Notes: generated by a model from the letters alone, not told the origin. Numbered from the stretch's first letter, positions 1-12,729 are shown. The stretch is DNA of 64,000 nt from Enoplolaimus lenunculus (GCA_030248215.1 JASANG010003696.1:1-64000); one strand, 5' to 3'. Program-made: numbers and translations.

Positions 1-3000
1 GCGAAACCAACCTTTGGGGCTAAACCAACCTTTGGGTTCAACCCAACGTTGGGGTGAAACCAACCATTGGAGTGAAACCAACCGTTGGGTTGAAACCGAC
101 CGTTGGGGTGAAACCAACCGTTGAGGAAAAACAAACCGTTGGGGTGAAACCAATCGTTGGGGTGAAACCAACCGTTGGGGTGAAAACAACCGTTGGGTGA
201 AATCAACCCGTGGGCTGAAACCAACCGTTGGGTTGTAACCAACCGTTTTGGTCGCCAACCGTTGGGGTGAAACGACCGCTGGGGTGAAACCGACCGTTGG
301 GATGAAACCGACCGTTGGGGTGAAACCAATGGTTAGGGTGAAACGAATCGTTGGGGTGAAACCAATCGTTGGGGTGAAACCAACCGTTGGGGTAAAACCA
401 ACCGTTAGAGTGAAACCAACCGTTGAGGTGAATCCAACCGTTGCGGTCAACCGTTGGGTTAAAACCAACCATTTGGCTGAAACCAACCGTTAGGATTAAA
501 CCAATCGTTGGGGTGAAACCAATCGTTGGAGTGAAACCAACCGTTGACGTGAAGCCAACCGTTGAGGTGAAACGAACCGTTGACGTGAAACCAACCGTTG
601 GGGCGAAACCAACCGTTGGGGTGGGACCAACGTTGGGGTGAAACCAACCATTGGAGTGAAACCAACCGTTGGGATGAAACCGACCGTTGGGGTGAAACCA
701 ACCGTTGGGGTGAAACCAACCGTTGAGGAAAAACAAACCGTTGGGGTGAAACCAATCGTTGGGGTGAAACCAACCGTTGGGGTGAAATTAACCGTTGGGT
801 GAAATCAACCGTTGGGCTGAAACCAACCGTTGGGTTGTAACCAACCGTTATGGTCAAACCAACCGTTGGGGTGAAACGACCGCTGAGGTGAAACCGACCG
901 TTGGGATGAAACCGACCGTTGGGGTGAAACCAATGGTTAGGGTGAAACGAATCGTTGGGGTGAAACCAATCGTTGGGGTGAAACCAACCGTTGGGGTAAA
1001 ACCAACCGTTAGAGTGAAACCAACCGTTGAGGTGAATCCAACCGTTGCGGTCAACCGTTGGGTTAAAACCAACCATTTGGCTGAAACCAACCGTTAGGAT
1101 TAAACCAATCGTTGGGGTGAAACCAATCGTTGGAGTGAAACCAACCGTTGACGTGAAGCCAACCGTTGAGGTGAAACGAACCGTTGACGTGAAACCAACC
1201 GATGGGGTGAAACCAACCGTTGGGGTGAAACCAACCGTTGGAGTGAAACCAACCGTTGGGATGAAACCGACCGTTGGGGTGAAACCAACCGTTGGGGTGA
1301 AACCAACCGTTGGGGTGAAACCAACCGTTGAGGAAAAACAAACCGTTGGGGTGAAACCAATCGTTGGGGTGAAACCAACCGTTGGGGTGAAATCAACCGT
1401 TGGGTGAAATCAACCGTTGGGCTGAAACCAACCGTTGGGTTGTAACCAACCGTTATGGTCAAACCAACCGTTGGGGTGAAACGACCGCTGGGGTGAAACC
1501 GACCGTTGGGATGAAACCGACCGTTGGGGTGAAACCAATGGTTAGGGTGAAACGAATCGTTGGGGTGAAACCAATCGTTGGGGTGAAACCAACCGTTGGG
1601 GTAAAACCGACCGTTAGAGTGAAACCAACCGTTGAGGTGAATCCAACCGTTGCGGTCAACCGTTGGGTTAAAACCAACCATTTGGCTGAAACCAACCGTT
1701 AGGATTAAACCAATCGTTGGGGTGAAACCAATCGTTGGAGTGAAACCAACCGTTGACGTGAAGCCAACCGTTGAGGTGAAACGAACCGTTGACGTGAAAC
1801 CAACCGTTGGGGCGAAACCAACTGTTGGAGTGAAACCAACCGTTGGAGTGAAACCGACCGTTGGGATGAAACCAACCGTTGGGGTGAAGCCAACCGTCGA
1901 GGTGAAGCCAACCGTTGAACCGGAAACACCCCCCCCGGTGAAACCAACCGTTGGGGGCAAACCCGCTCGCTGGGGTGAAACCAACCGTTGGGGTAAAACG
2001 AACCGTTGGGGTGAAACCAACCGTTGGGGTGAAACCTACTGTTAGGGTGAAACCAACCGTTGAGGTGAAACCAACCATTGGGGTGAAACCAACCTTTGGG
2101 GTGAAGCCCACCGTTGGGGTAAAACCAACCGTTGGTGTGAAACCAACCGTTGAGGTGAATCCAACCGTAGCCTGAAAAAAAAGACCAACCGTTGGGGTGA
2201 AACCAACCGTAGGACCGTGAAACCAACCGGGGTGAAACCAACCGTTGGGGTAAAGCTAACCGTTGGGGGTGAAACCGACTGTTGGTGTGATACCTACCGT
2301 TGGGGTGAAACCAACCGTTGGGGTGAAACCAACCGTTGGGGTCAAACCAACCGTTGGGGTGAAACCGACTGTTGGGGTGAACCCTTCCGTTGGGGTGAAA
2401 CCATCCGGTGGGGTGAAGCCAACCGTTGGGGTGAAACCAACCGTTCAGCTTGAAACCAACCGTTGGGGCAAAACCAACCGTTGGGGCGAAACCAACCGTT
2501 GGGGTGAAACCAACCGTTGGGGTGAAACCAACCGTTGGGGCAAAACCAACCGTTGGGGCAAAACCAACCGTTGAGGTGAAACCAACCGTTGGGGAGAAAC
2601 CGACTGTTGGGGTGAAACCAACCGTTGGGGTGAAACCAACCGTTGGGGCAAAACCAACCGTTGGGTCAAAACCAACCGTTGGGGTGAAACCAACCGTTGG
2701 GGTGAAACCAATCGTTGGGGTGAAACCAACCGTTGAGGTGAAACCAACCGTTGGGGAGAAACCGACTGTTGGTGTGAAACCAACCGTTGGGGTGAAACCA
2801 ACCGTTGGGGCAAAACCAACCGTTGGGGCAAAACCAACCGTTGAGGTGAAACCAACCGTTGGGGAGAAACCGACTGTTGGGGTGAAACCAACCGTTGGGG
2901 TGAAACCAACCATTGGGGCAAAACCAACCGTTGGGGCAAAACCAACCGTTGGGGCAAAACCAACCGTTGGGGTGAAACCAACCGTTGGGGTGAAACCAAC

Positions 3001-3130
3001 CGTTGGGGTGAAACCAACCGTTGGGGTGAAACCAACCGTTGGGGTGAAACCACCCGTTGGGGTGAAACCAACCGTTGGGGGTAAACCAACCGTTGGGGTG
3101 AAACCAACCGTTGGGGTGAAACCAACCGTA
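1..3130. repeat. 18-bp tandem satellite (consensus GGGGTGAAACCAACCGTT), open at the left window edge, with a ~604-bp higher-order repeat
   Basis: Monomer repeated head-to-tail throughout. Diagnostic variants recur at 602-605-bp spacing: GAGGAAAAACAAA at 123/725/1330, TTGTAACC at 233/835/1440, GCGGTCAACC at 443/1047/1652. Confidence 0.97.
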
Positions 3131-3604
3131 AGCTCTATAAAGTGGTGAAAGTTATAATCGTAAAATTACATAGCTAACGTGTAAAAACTGTTGAACCAAA
3201 ATGAAAAATTTCGTGCACTTTCTGTAAGGAGTTTTTTGACCGTAACTATTGAAGACCACACTGGTTTGCAAAATCCTTTGGCACAAATATTCCCTACGTA
3301 CCAGGATACCAGTGTACAAAATTTAAACGATACCGGTCTGATATTACTTGAGCACCAACATGCGAACTAAACTGAAAATACGCGCTTGAGATGCGCGAAT
3401 CATATATATGAACACTATCGTGTTCATATGATTAACGCAATTCTATACATATATACAGAATGAAAACATTACAGCGCCAATATGGTCTTTGTGACGGTTT
3501 CAATAGGCTTCGTCTACTTTTAGAAACAAATATGTGGAACATATTCCAAACTTACCGTATTACGAAAGTTGGACATGCGTGCAACTACGTTTACTAGTAG
3601 ACAG

Positions 3605-4045
3605 GAACTTCTAAATGTTCAATATATACTAAGAAATCACATAGAACATTCCGCAGGATTCCTGAAGGTTAAAGTAAGAAATCATCCTCTTTACAGGTTT
3701 TAACATAGCCTTCTGGATCATTGAAGTCAAACAAATTGTCTCCTGGCTCGCATTTTAGGAAGATATGGGGCTTGTACCCCTCAACGACTTTCGAACCAAC
3801 TGGGAGCTGCGACGTCTACCGTTTTACATGGTTCCCAGCAAAACCCGTCCGCAAAGTAATTTCGTTAATTTTCTTGTTTTCGGCGCAATTCATTTCAAGC
3901 ATCGCGTGTTTTATTACGCTTTTAATTTGCTTATCGTTTGCTTTGGTCAGGAGTTTTCTGCAATATTGCAACCCGTTTTAATGTTCGCTCTTAAGATTCA
4001 TGGATCATAAAATATGCCTATTTGGCGTGGGGTGGGATACTCTGA
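3605..4045 (+). CDS. Possible 3' exons of an unidentified gene
   Basis: Phase-consistent GT-AG chain 3605-3673, 3759-3855, 3996-4045 gives ELLNVQYILRNHIEHSAGFLKVK-EDMGLVPLNDFRTNWELRRLPFYMVPSKTRPQ-NSWIIKYAYLAWGGIL*. No family recognised and the first acceptor is weak. Confidence 0.25.
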
Positions 4046-4479
4046 CCGCGGTCTCGCATCAACTTTTTCATCCAGTTGAGCCAAAAATCAATACTGCATA
4101 ATTTTGACATATGGGCGTTGTTTTAAGCAATTATTTTTATTGAGTTATTGGTCTAAAACCATTTACTACAACGGATATTACATGAGTAAGCATAGCCCCA
4201 AATTTTTTAAAAGAAAACCAACATAGCACCAACGTTCACGTCATCCAGCATCAGATATGCCGACAGAGGTATTAAACATTTGGTTCTAAAATGGTCAATC
4301 CTTCACGCCCGTAGCCAACGCAAACTTTAACAGGGGACCCAAAAACATACAATCGCGGAATTTCGTATGATCCCGAAGTATATACAGACAGAAACTGATC
4401 CGAATGGTGTGGCCGTTTTGTTGCAGAAGTTTAAGTATTTCTGCCATTGCTTGCCTGTTGGCTGGCAATATTTGACTTT

Positions 4480-4718
4480 GGCCCATGTAAAGATCAGGGG
4501 CGGAACGTTTTTCTGTGGGACTGCAATAGAGTAAGTTTAAGCTTCAGACTAATTCTTTCGCTTGGCTTAGGCTTAGGCTTAGGCCTAGGCTTAGGAATAT
4601 GCTCATTCTTACGCTTTAGGCTTAGGCTTAGGAATATGCTCATTCTTACGCTTAGGCTTAAGCCTAAGTTTAGCAATATGCTAATAATACTGTTCCGTCC
4701 CTGTTGTTTACATTGGCC
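4480..4718 (+). mobile_element. TTAGGC-bearing MITE, family A, full length
   Basis: TIRs GGCCCATGTAAAGATCAGGGGCGGAAC ... GTTCCGTCCCTGTTGTTTACATTGGCC. Three TTAGGC blocks separated by AATATGCTCATTCTTACGC. No clear TSD. Confidence 0.9.
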
Positions 4719-5024
4719 GACCATTTTGACAAAACTGCTTCCGCTGAGATAGTTACAAACCCAAATTGCGAACTACTTATCAGGCAGCGTTGCCATGCGG
4801 GACTTTGTTATTTCAACAGGATAAGTATGCGTATAATTTAAAGTTTTGTCGAGCGCAGCGTCGCAAGCGAGATAGTTTCTATTGTCTAGAGCACACCAGG
4901 TTACCTTAAACACTGTAAAAGTGTGTTTTAATCGTCTATTAGAAATTTCAAGTGGGTACACATCCCTGTCCAATTCTGTCAACGTTTACCATCTTGCTAG
5001 CAGTCGTGTAGCCAGTTCACCTTG

Positions 5025-5172
5025 CTAACGGGGCCAAACGTTTTTAGAAGGGGCATTCAAAGGGTTTTCAATGACTTACAAGCAAGATTGAAAATCTTTT
5101 AGGGGGCCCAAAAGTTCTCCAGGGAGGGCTTTGCCCCTCCCCCCCTGGCTGCGACACCCTTGGCTACGGGTA
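5025..5172 (+). repeat. Short dispersed element (CGTAGCCAG...TGGCTACGG family)
   Basis: Short inverted ends plus an internal AGGGGCATTCAAGG..GACTTACAAGCAAG(A/G)TTGAAAAT core shared with copies at ~21214-21375, ~45731-45892 and ~51138-51304. Confidence 0.65.
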
Positions 5173-5440
5173 CGCCCGCTAGCTGCATCTGCCGAGGCAG
5201 GCTAGGCGTAATTTGAGACGATTGTATCTCGGGGAGGTTTTTTGATGAAAACCGCTTTCAAGTACAAATATTAAGCTGCCATGTTTCCCTGTCAAGCTAG
5301 TTAGATATGAACCCATTTTAAATTAACAGTATGTGAATTTAAAGCTTTCTCATATAAAAAACAAAAGGTTTTTTATCTCCTTTGGCGTTGCGGGCGAAGA
5401 AAAAGGAGGGGCGGGGCAGAGTTCTAAGCATACCCCTGAG

Positions 5441-5560
5441 CCCAGCTAAACCTAAGCTTAAGCCTAAGAATAAACGAAGCAAAAAAATTAGTCTAAATCT
5501 TAAACTTACTCTACTGCAGTCCCACAGAAAAACGTTCCGCCCCTGATCTCTACATAGGAC
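5441..5560 (-). mobile_element. Family A TTAGGC MITE, partial
   Basis: CCTAAG repeats followed by the reverse-complemented left end ...CAGAAAAACGTTCCGCCCCTGATCTCTACATAGGAC. Confidence 0.8.
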
Positions 5561-6194
5561 TTTAATTAGAACGTGGTATATATTGTAAATTGCAGTGAGT
5601 TGATTTTAACTCTGAATGAGTTGAATCCGCTCAGAAGCCTGAGTTTTGTGAGTTAAAAACTTTCACAACTCAGAATTTTGAATTTGTTAATACTAATAGA
5701 CTTTAGGTATCGCTAAGCCGCTTCCTAACCGAAGCCTAAACCTAAACTCGAGACCAAAGTCTACAATTGATCTCAATGTGACGGAAAAACGTACATAAAC
5801 AGTTGAAGGTCGTTAAAAGAGACAACTAAATATTGAACGCATTTTGTCTATTAATAACTAAAAATGCTATTTAGAATAAATGGCTAAGGTCTGAGAATAT
5901 GCTTTATTTTGGTATTCATATTAAATATCTGCTTCTAAAAGTACTTTAGTAATGTGCACCTCAATGATGTTCTAATAACATTGCACTGTATTCAATCGAA
6001 CACATTTGAGCATCGTGAAGTAGACTCAAGTACAGTTTTACTAGGAGTTGGTTCTAGGGCTCAAAAGCCATCATTTTTAGGATATCAGCGGTTTTTAGAT
6101 AAGTTTTTCAGTTTTGTAATACAAGAAACGTTTTCTTCGAAATTTTTATTTGAATTGTACGTCTATTTTCAAAATACTTTTGTTGACGTGCGCT

Positions 6195-6850
6195 GCCGTC
6201 CGTCACCCGTACGGCGCCGTCCGTCACCCGTACGGCGCCGTCAGTCACCGTGCGGCGCCATCCGTCACCGTGCGGCCCATCCGTCACCGTGCGGCGCCAT
6301 CCGTCACCGTGCGGCGCCATCCGTCACCGTGCGGCGCCATCCGTCACCGTGCGGCGCCATCCGTCACCGTGCGGCGCCATCCGTCACCGTGCGGCGCCAT
6401 CCGTCACCGTGCGGCGCCATCCGTCACCGTGCGGCGCCATCCGTCACCGTGCGGCGCCATCCGTCACCGTGCGGCGCCATCCGTCACCGTGCGGCGCCAA
6501 CCGTCACCGCCCGGCGCCATCCGTCACCGTGCGGCGCCATCCGTCACCGTGAGGCGCCATCCGTCACCGTGCGGCGCCATCCGTCACCGTGCGGCGCCAT
6601 CCGTCACCGTGCGGCGCCATCCGTCACCGTGCGGCGCCATCCGTCACCGTGCGGCGCCATCCGTCACCGTGCGGCGCCATCCGTCACCGTGCGGCGCCAT
6701 CCGTCACCGTGCGGCGCCATCCGTCACCGTGCGGCGCCATCCGTCACCGTGCGGCGCCATCCGTCACCGTGCGGCGCCATCCGTCACCGTGCGCCGCCAT
6801 CCGTCACCGTGCGGCGCCATCCGTCACCGTGCTGTGTCGTCCGTCAGCTT
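6195..6850. repeat. 20-bp GC/CpG-rich minisatellite CCGTCACCGTGCGGCGCCAT, ~30 copies
   Basis: Near-identical units 6241-6830, preceded by two 21-bp variants CCGTCACCCGTACGGCGCCGT. Confidence 0.97.
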
Positions 6851-7542
6851 GCGGTATCGCACGCAAATAACTGACGTACGATTACGTATGGCTGCGGACG
6901 ACGCCGTACGGATGACGCACGGCGACGAACGGCGACGGACGTCAAGTATAGCGCAGCCCTAACTAGACACACACACGCCCACACATACATATATATCATA
7001 TATGTGATATATAAATCTGGACAATGGAAGCTGTCAAACATTTCACTACAAATATTGCCTGAACCTCTCAGCAAAGGTTTTATTGGAGCCAAAGCTGAAA
7101 TTTCTGTCGGAGCCGGATCGTCTGTTGTGTCCTGACCAGCTGCGAATCCACGGAAAATGATGAAGGCACTTCTTATTGGAAAATTTTTAATAATAAAATG
7201 GTGTGGTCTGTACCTTTGACATTTTTTTACTTTTGTGCCGCAAAAACAACGTCTGATTTCTCGCTCGCTTCGCTCAAGGGGGGCACCCGGGTCAAAATAT
7301 TTTTAAAAATCATAAGATGCCACCGTTACAACTTTTTATTTTGTGCTACGAAATAGCGTCTTTTTTCTCGCGCGCCCCGTCAGAAATTTCTTGATCCGCC
7401 ACTGGCCATGACACTGCTACTGTTCCAGTTGCAGACATCCACTAGAGTAAACGAATGGCTTAACCCAATTCTTTAAATATTACATATCATTTTTAGTTAT
7501 TTATATATATCGCGTATACTTGAAACATTGTTTGTTTCCTGT

Positions 7543-7938
7543 GATCAATATAGATCAGGGCCGGAACAGTAGTATAAGCATATTCCGGCCCTTGTAAAGA
7601 TCAGGTGCGGAACGTTATTCTGTGGGACTAGAAAAGAGTAAAGCTTAAACTTTAGAATAATTTTATTGCTTTGTTTAGGCTTAGTCTGACGCTTAGACTT
7701 AGAAATAAACTCATTATTACACTTAGGCTTAGACTTGGGCTTAGGAATATGTTTATAACACTGTTCAGCCTCTGTTCTTACTTTTGTCCATATTCCAAAG
7801 TCTAAGCTTAATCCTAAATGTAAGGGCCTTACACTTGAGCCTAAGCTTAAGGCTAACCAAAAAATTGGCCCAAAGCTTAAGCTTACTCCATAAAACAGTT
7901 TCACGAAAGTCAGCCTGCTTCTGAACAATACATGGGGC
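7543..7938. mobile_element. Nested pair of family A MITEs (inner + copy 7587-7789 inside an older - copy)
   Basis: Inner copy is flanked by duplicated (C)ATATTCC, part of the outer element's AAGCATATTCCTAAG motif. The outer element resumes after it and ends ...TACATGGGGC. Confidence 0.75.
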
Positions 7939-8431
7939 TTCCGGTTTATAACTGCCTACCCCAGAATCATTAGCGAGTATTGCCTGTGCAGAAGAAATCT
8001 TTTTGTTGCTGATTTCAGGATCCAAAAGGTATTTATTCTAGCATACGTGTGTTGTTTTTAATTTCAGCGGCCACTTAATACTCTCTGTGGTTACGATAGA
8101 TCGTTCCCTAAGCTTTTTTGATTATTCTAGAAATTACTGAACAATGGATATATTCCCACTATCGCTCTCCTTGCAGAGCTCCTGTTCTTAGCCAATCAAT
8201 ATATAAATTTGTCTCATTATTGCTAAATTTGCGGACAAATGATAAAATTTAAAAATTTTTTCACTGGAATCGATAATTTCAAATTAATTTAATGTACGTC
8301 CAAACATATATCAGCCGGTGAGTGAACACCATGATTGCTTTATCATAATTTGCATTATTGATTTGGGCTTAAAATATATGATCAGCAAATACGAAATGGT
8401 GCAAAATTAAACGTTTGAATTTCAGCACTTT

Positions 8432-8635
8432 GGCCCATGTAAAGAACAGGGGCGGAACGGTTTTTGTGGGATTAGAAAAGAGTAAGCTTAAGCTTTTGGC
8501 TATTTTTTGCTTGGCAAGGCTTAGGCCTAGGCTTAGGAATATGCTCATTCTTTCGATTAGGATTAGGCTTAGGCTTAGGCTTAGGCTAAGGACTATGCTC
8601 GTTATTCTGTTCCGTCCCTGTTCTTTACATTAGCC
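8432..8635 (+). mobile_element. Family A TTAGGC MITE
   Basis: Both TIRs present. Flanks AGCACTTT / CGCACTTT (7 of 8 match). Confidence 0.9.
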
Positions 8636-9666
8636 CGCACTTTAAAAAGTGTAGAATCTAAAACCGCTCTTTTGGCTGCGATGTGTCTGTTCATTATGAC
8701 CAACTGGCAGTAGCGAATAATTCGTACGAAACTCCTTAATCTAATTTCTATTTCTTTAAATTTGCAGCAACAAAATGCGTACAATAAACAGATGTTTGAC
8801 GGCCATTACAGTTTGAAAATTTTCAGAATTTAATTTTCAATTTAAATTAATATATAGTTTACTATTAGAATAATATTTGATTTAGAAATTTGTTAGTTTT
8901 GGTATTTCGATCAGATGCTACAAGGCAGCCACTGTAAAGCTTAAGAAATACGTGTTTTCAGAACACTCAAATTCTGCTGTCGCAATACCCTGAAACGTAC
9001 AGAGCAGGGTGTTACCGGATATACGTTTCCGTTTCGGTGTCTGTTTTCGTTTTCGTTTCCGTTGTAGAAATATTAAAGGAAATTCTGTCATTTTTACGTT
9101 CAAAATTAGTCCTAAATTACGTTTGTACACCCCTAGCAAAGTGATCTAATTACGGATCTGAGTGTTGCGAGTAAGATAATTTGTTTGACCTTTAAGATTC
9201 ATCAAATCATTCTAAAGCCTACAAAAGTGTTTTTATTGTCTTTCTAAAAATTCGCGAGATATATAACATCTCTTCTACTCTCTCATAGGTTTGGTGCATG
9301 TGGAAATGTGACTTTTTCATTCGTAAGAAATACATACATACATATATTATATATATATTGTAATTTTTCGAAAAAATTGTATTACAAGTATGTAATTACC
9401 ATAGCTAGTCGATATTATTGTGTAATGCTAATCACACCGTGCAATAGATTAAGTGTCCCTGCGATGTTTGTTCTACTGAAATTGCGAACTAAGACACTAA
9501 TATTTTGTAATAACCTCCCATGCATTATAGCTTAGAACTGGCTGCTTGTTGGTGGATTGCAATGGAGCAAGTGTACGCTTTAGAGTTATAGTTTGTTTAG
9601 GCTTAGGTGTACGCTTAGGAGTAGTCTTAGCATAAAACCTCACCGTATCCCATGTAAAAGAAAGAA

Positions 9667-10531
9667 ACTAGGTAAAAGTTCCCCTAGAAGGAACAGATGG
9701 TGATATGTTTCGCTAGAAGCATGTAAAAGAGTTTAAACAAGGGTTAGTTAGACCATAGATCAGTAGGTAATGCTTTTAATATTAGCTCCGTATCTTCTAT
9801 GAAATCAGGTATCATCTATATCTTTGATGGCTGTCTTTCAGTGTTAACACGCTTGCGGTCAGTGAAACAAGAAACATATGGGCCCAACGAACTTTCATCT
9901 GTTAAGCTATAAATTGGCACTATGGGTTTTCATCTCAATTGAGCGCCAGCAGAACATGTTCTTTGAAATATTTCGCAACGTATGAATTGTATTTTCTAGA
10001 TAAATAGCTTAAATATGTCACGGCACAGAACACAATTTGGAAAAGTTTCTCGACTTCAAATCATCAAATTGTCATGGTAAAGATAGCTAAAATAGTCGAG
10101 CACGTATGCGTGACACTTTTTATTCGATAATCAACAGATGCAATTTGTAATCTTGCAATATTGAAATATTTACTAATCAAGTTTTAGAAACATAATATTT
10201 TAAAACTCAAAAAATATCCTCTTCCAATGAAGAATGCTAGATTAGATCACTTATAAACTGAACAATGTAAAACCCAACAAACGCTAAAATTAAGCTGATA
10301 GGTGATGTCCGCTGGGCCCATATGTTTCTTGTTTCACTGACCGCAAGCGTGTTAACACTGAAAGACAGCCGTGAAAGATATAGATGACAACTAATTTCAT
10401 AGAAGTTATGGAGCTAATATTATAAGCATTCCTTACTGATCTATGGTCTAACTAACCCTTGTTTAAACTCTTCTACATGCTTCTAGCGAAACATATCACA
10501 ATCTGTCCCTTCTGGGGCACTTTTACCTAGT
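9667..10531. mobile_element. Foldback element with ~240-bp inverted arms
   Basis: 9667-~9908 is the reverse complement of ~10293-10531 (ends ACTAGGTAAAAGT / ACTTTTACCTAGT; shared core CAGTGTTAACACGCTTGCGGTCAGTGAAACAAGAAACATATGGGCCCA). Spacer ~380 bp. Confidence 0.88.
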
Positions 10532-11324
10532 ATATATATATATATATACGGGTATAACCTCCCACATACTAATTATTCGTAATTTCTCCATAAGAGAGGA
10601 AAGCGAAAAAACATCCATATCTTTCAAGTCCGATAATTAGGTTAGCTTCGAATTGGAAACGTTCAATTTATTGCGCACTTGAGCTTATTAGCTGTTCATT
10701 ATTTATTGCACAAATTGCTGCAAATTGCTCGACTGAGGCAATACCTCCTGCATAGCTTATTTAAGCCGGCAAAAAATTCGTTTATTCTGCAATAATTCGA
10801 CGGGAAAATATATATTGGGTTGTCAAAAAATTTGGCATTTCTGATATGATACCAATTGGCAAGAATTAGTATGAGTGGACGGCGTTTATTTGAGTCTGAT
10901 AAATCGAAACTCTTTACAATTTGTGAGCCAAGAAATATTCTGTATAGAAAATTTTCAACCTTGCTCGTAAGTCTAACGAAAACTCCTGTTACTATGCCCG
11001 TTGCTAGCTACGGGTTAGGTTCCTTCCGTGACGAAACGTAAGTAGTCATAATATTAGCCCCTTCACACTATCTGGTTGTGTATATGGCACTTCTTGCCAT
11101 TTATTCTCACGGACATTGAATGTTTTTCGACGCTCTCCGCAATACTCAAGCTCTAAGTCGAGTCCCTATTGGTCAAATTAATTTAAAAATAAACATTCGT
11201 TTGTGTATATGGGACTGCAAATAAAGCACACACCGGAACGACACGTAAGGTTCAACCTGATGTGTTGTCTTCGACTGAAATAAAAAGTGTAAAACGTGAT
11301 TTTTACTGTATGCTATATATGCTA

Positions 11325-11570
11325 TTGGCGGCGAAAAATTGGAAGGTAAGCTTATCGTTTCAACCCCAAGAAATTTTCTGAGAAAAAAATGTAAGATTGG
11401 GACGGACGTTATCGTTGTATCACAAAAATTTTCGAGGGAAAAATTATATTTTCTTACAAAAAAATTTTTGAGGGTAAAAAATTGTAAGGTAGGAGGGACA
11501 TTACCATTTCATCACAAAAAATTTCTGATGGAAAAAGGTGTATGCCTCCCTGGCTCTCTCTGCATCCGCT
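11325..11570 (+). repeat. Dispersed element with internal (ATCACAAAAAATTTTC..GGAAAAATTGTAAG..GGGACG) subrepeats
   Basis: Similar sequence at ~12160-12403, ~25650-25770 and ~32120-32305, most ending near CCCCCTCT(CT)GGATCCGC. Confidence 0.6.
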
Positions 11571-12729
11571 AGTTTCAGTAGGTACACCTACAGCAGAATC
11601 GGTGGATCACAATTCTGGCAATTTTGGTAATTAATCTGTCGAAATAAACACTTTGAGTGATATTTTTTTGCTTTCGTAGAAAATAAAAGCTTTTCAATTT
11701 TTAATTTCAAATATTTAAGCCGTGAATTTGCTCAAAATAAAAATTAATGCGAACACTTCGAAAATCATTTACTAGAGTTTGCTATAAAGTTATGCCCCGA
11801 TGACAAAATAGTCACTCGGAAGTAACCACTTTGTGAGCTGTTGTGTCTGGATATTTGGAAAAAAATACACAATTTTATTTCTTAACTTTTATGGGAAAAG
11901 TCGCAGATGGAGAAATAAAACTTTAACATATTTCCCTAAAGCTAAAATTGGTCCTCTTAAAATATACCCGGTGCAATAGCTAAAAGTTTTGTTAATGAAA
12001 TTTGAAACTTGGTCATAAAGCAAGCGTGTGAGTCTGAGTGTTCACAACTTTAGCAGTTTGTGAAGTTAAAAATAGCGAATTCATGAGAGTATTTTTTGCA
12101 CTTAAAGGGTTAACTATTTTTACATTGTCACAGTTACGGTCAGAACATCCGTCCGCCATAGAGACGGATCGAAAAAATTTTGACGAGGCGGGCGGGCTAG
12201 CAATTGTTATGAAACACAAAATTTTTTGACGACAAATTTTTAAAGTTGTGACCTCACGATTTTATCACAAAAAAATCTGCGGGAAAAATTGTTTTTTACA
12301 AAAAAATTTTGAAGGGAAAAATTGTAAGTTAGGGACGTTACCATTTTAACACAAAAAATTTCTGACGGGCCGGGGCGTACGCCCCCTGCCACCCCCCTCT
12401 GGATGAAGAAAAATTTGCCATTTTAATAGAATTGTTTAATGTTCTGGGAAATATTTTCTTCCAAGGGAGTGAAGCTATTGCGAGGAAGCAGTGCACACCC
12501 GTAGTTGCGGGCCTCTTCTCAATTCTAATACCAGAGATACTGTGAATTTAGGGATTTGCCGATAACGTCGCTATAGAGAACATATAGCAATTCAGAACCT
12601 ATAAACTTACATAATTGGGTTGTTTGCCAAGACCTAAAACGCGCATAAAACCGAGGCAAAATCGTAAAGGAGGGAATATGCAGCCGTCCGTGAACCCCCT
12701 TTAATAAATTTATAAAATTTTATATCTGT

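Noticed and set aside
1..3130. CRISPR array
   Set aside because: Repeats are contiguous with no unique spacers, the context is eukaryotic, and there are no cas genes.
203..3148. Long ORFs (VKPTVG, NGWFHP, QRLVSP repeats)
   Set aside because: Translations of an 18-bp satellite. Several frames are open on both strands and frequent indels shift frames.
4447..4752. ORFs with LGLGLG / RLRLRL / KPKPKP runs here and at many other sites
   Set aside because: Translations of TTAGGC blocks in the MITEs.
5954..6962. 306-aa and 270-aa ORFs (RHPSPCGAI repeats)
   Set aside because: Read-through of a stop-free 20-bp minisatellite.
4773..8190. Scattered coding-looking segments (4773-4982, 7010-7170, 7966-8120)
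   Set aside because: Strand is ambiguous, no family was recognised and no consistent splice chain was found.
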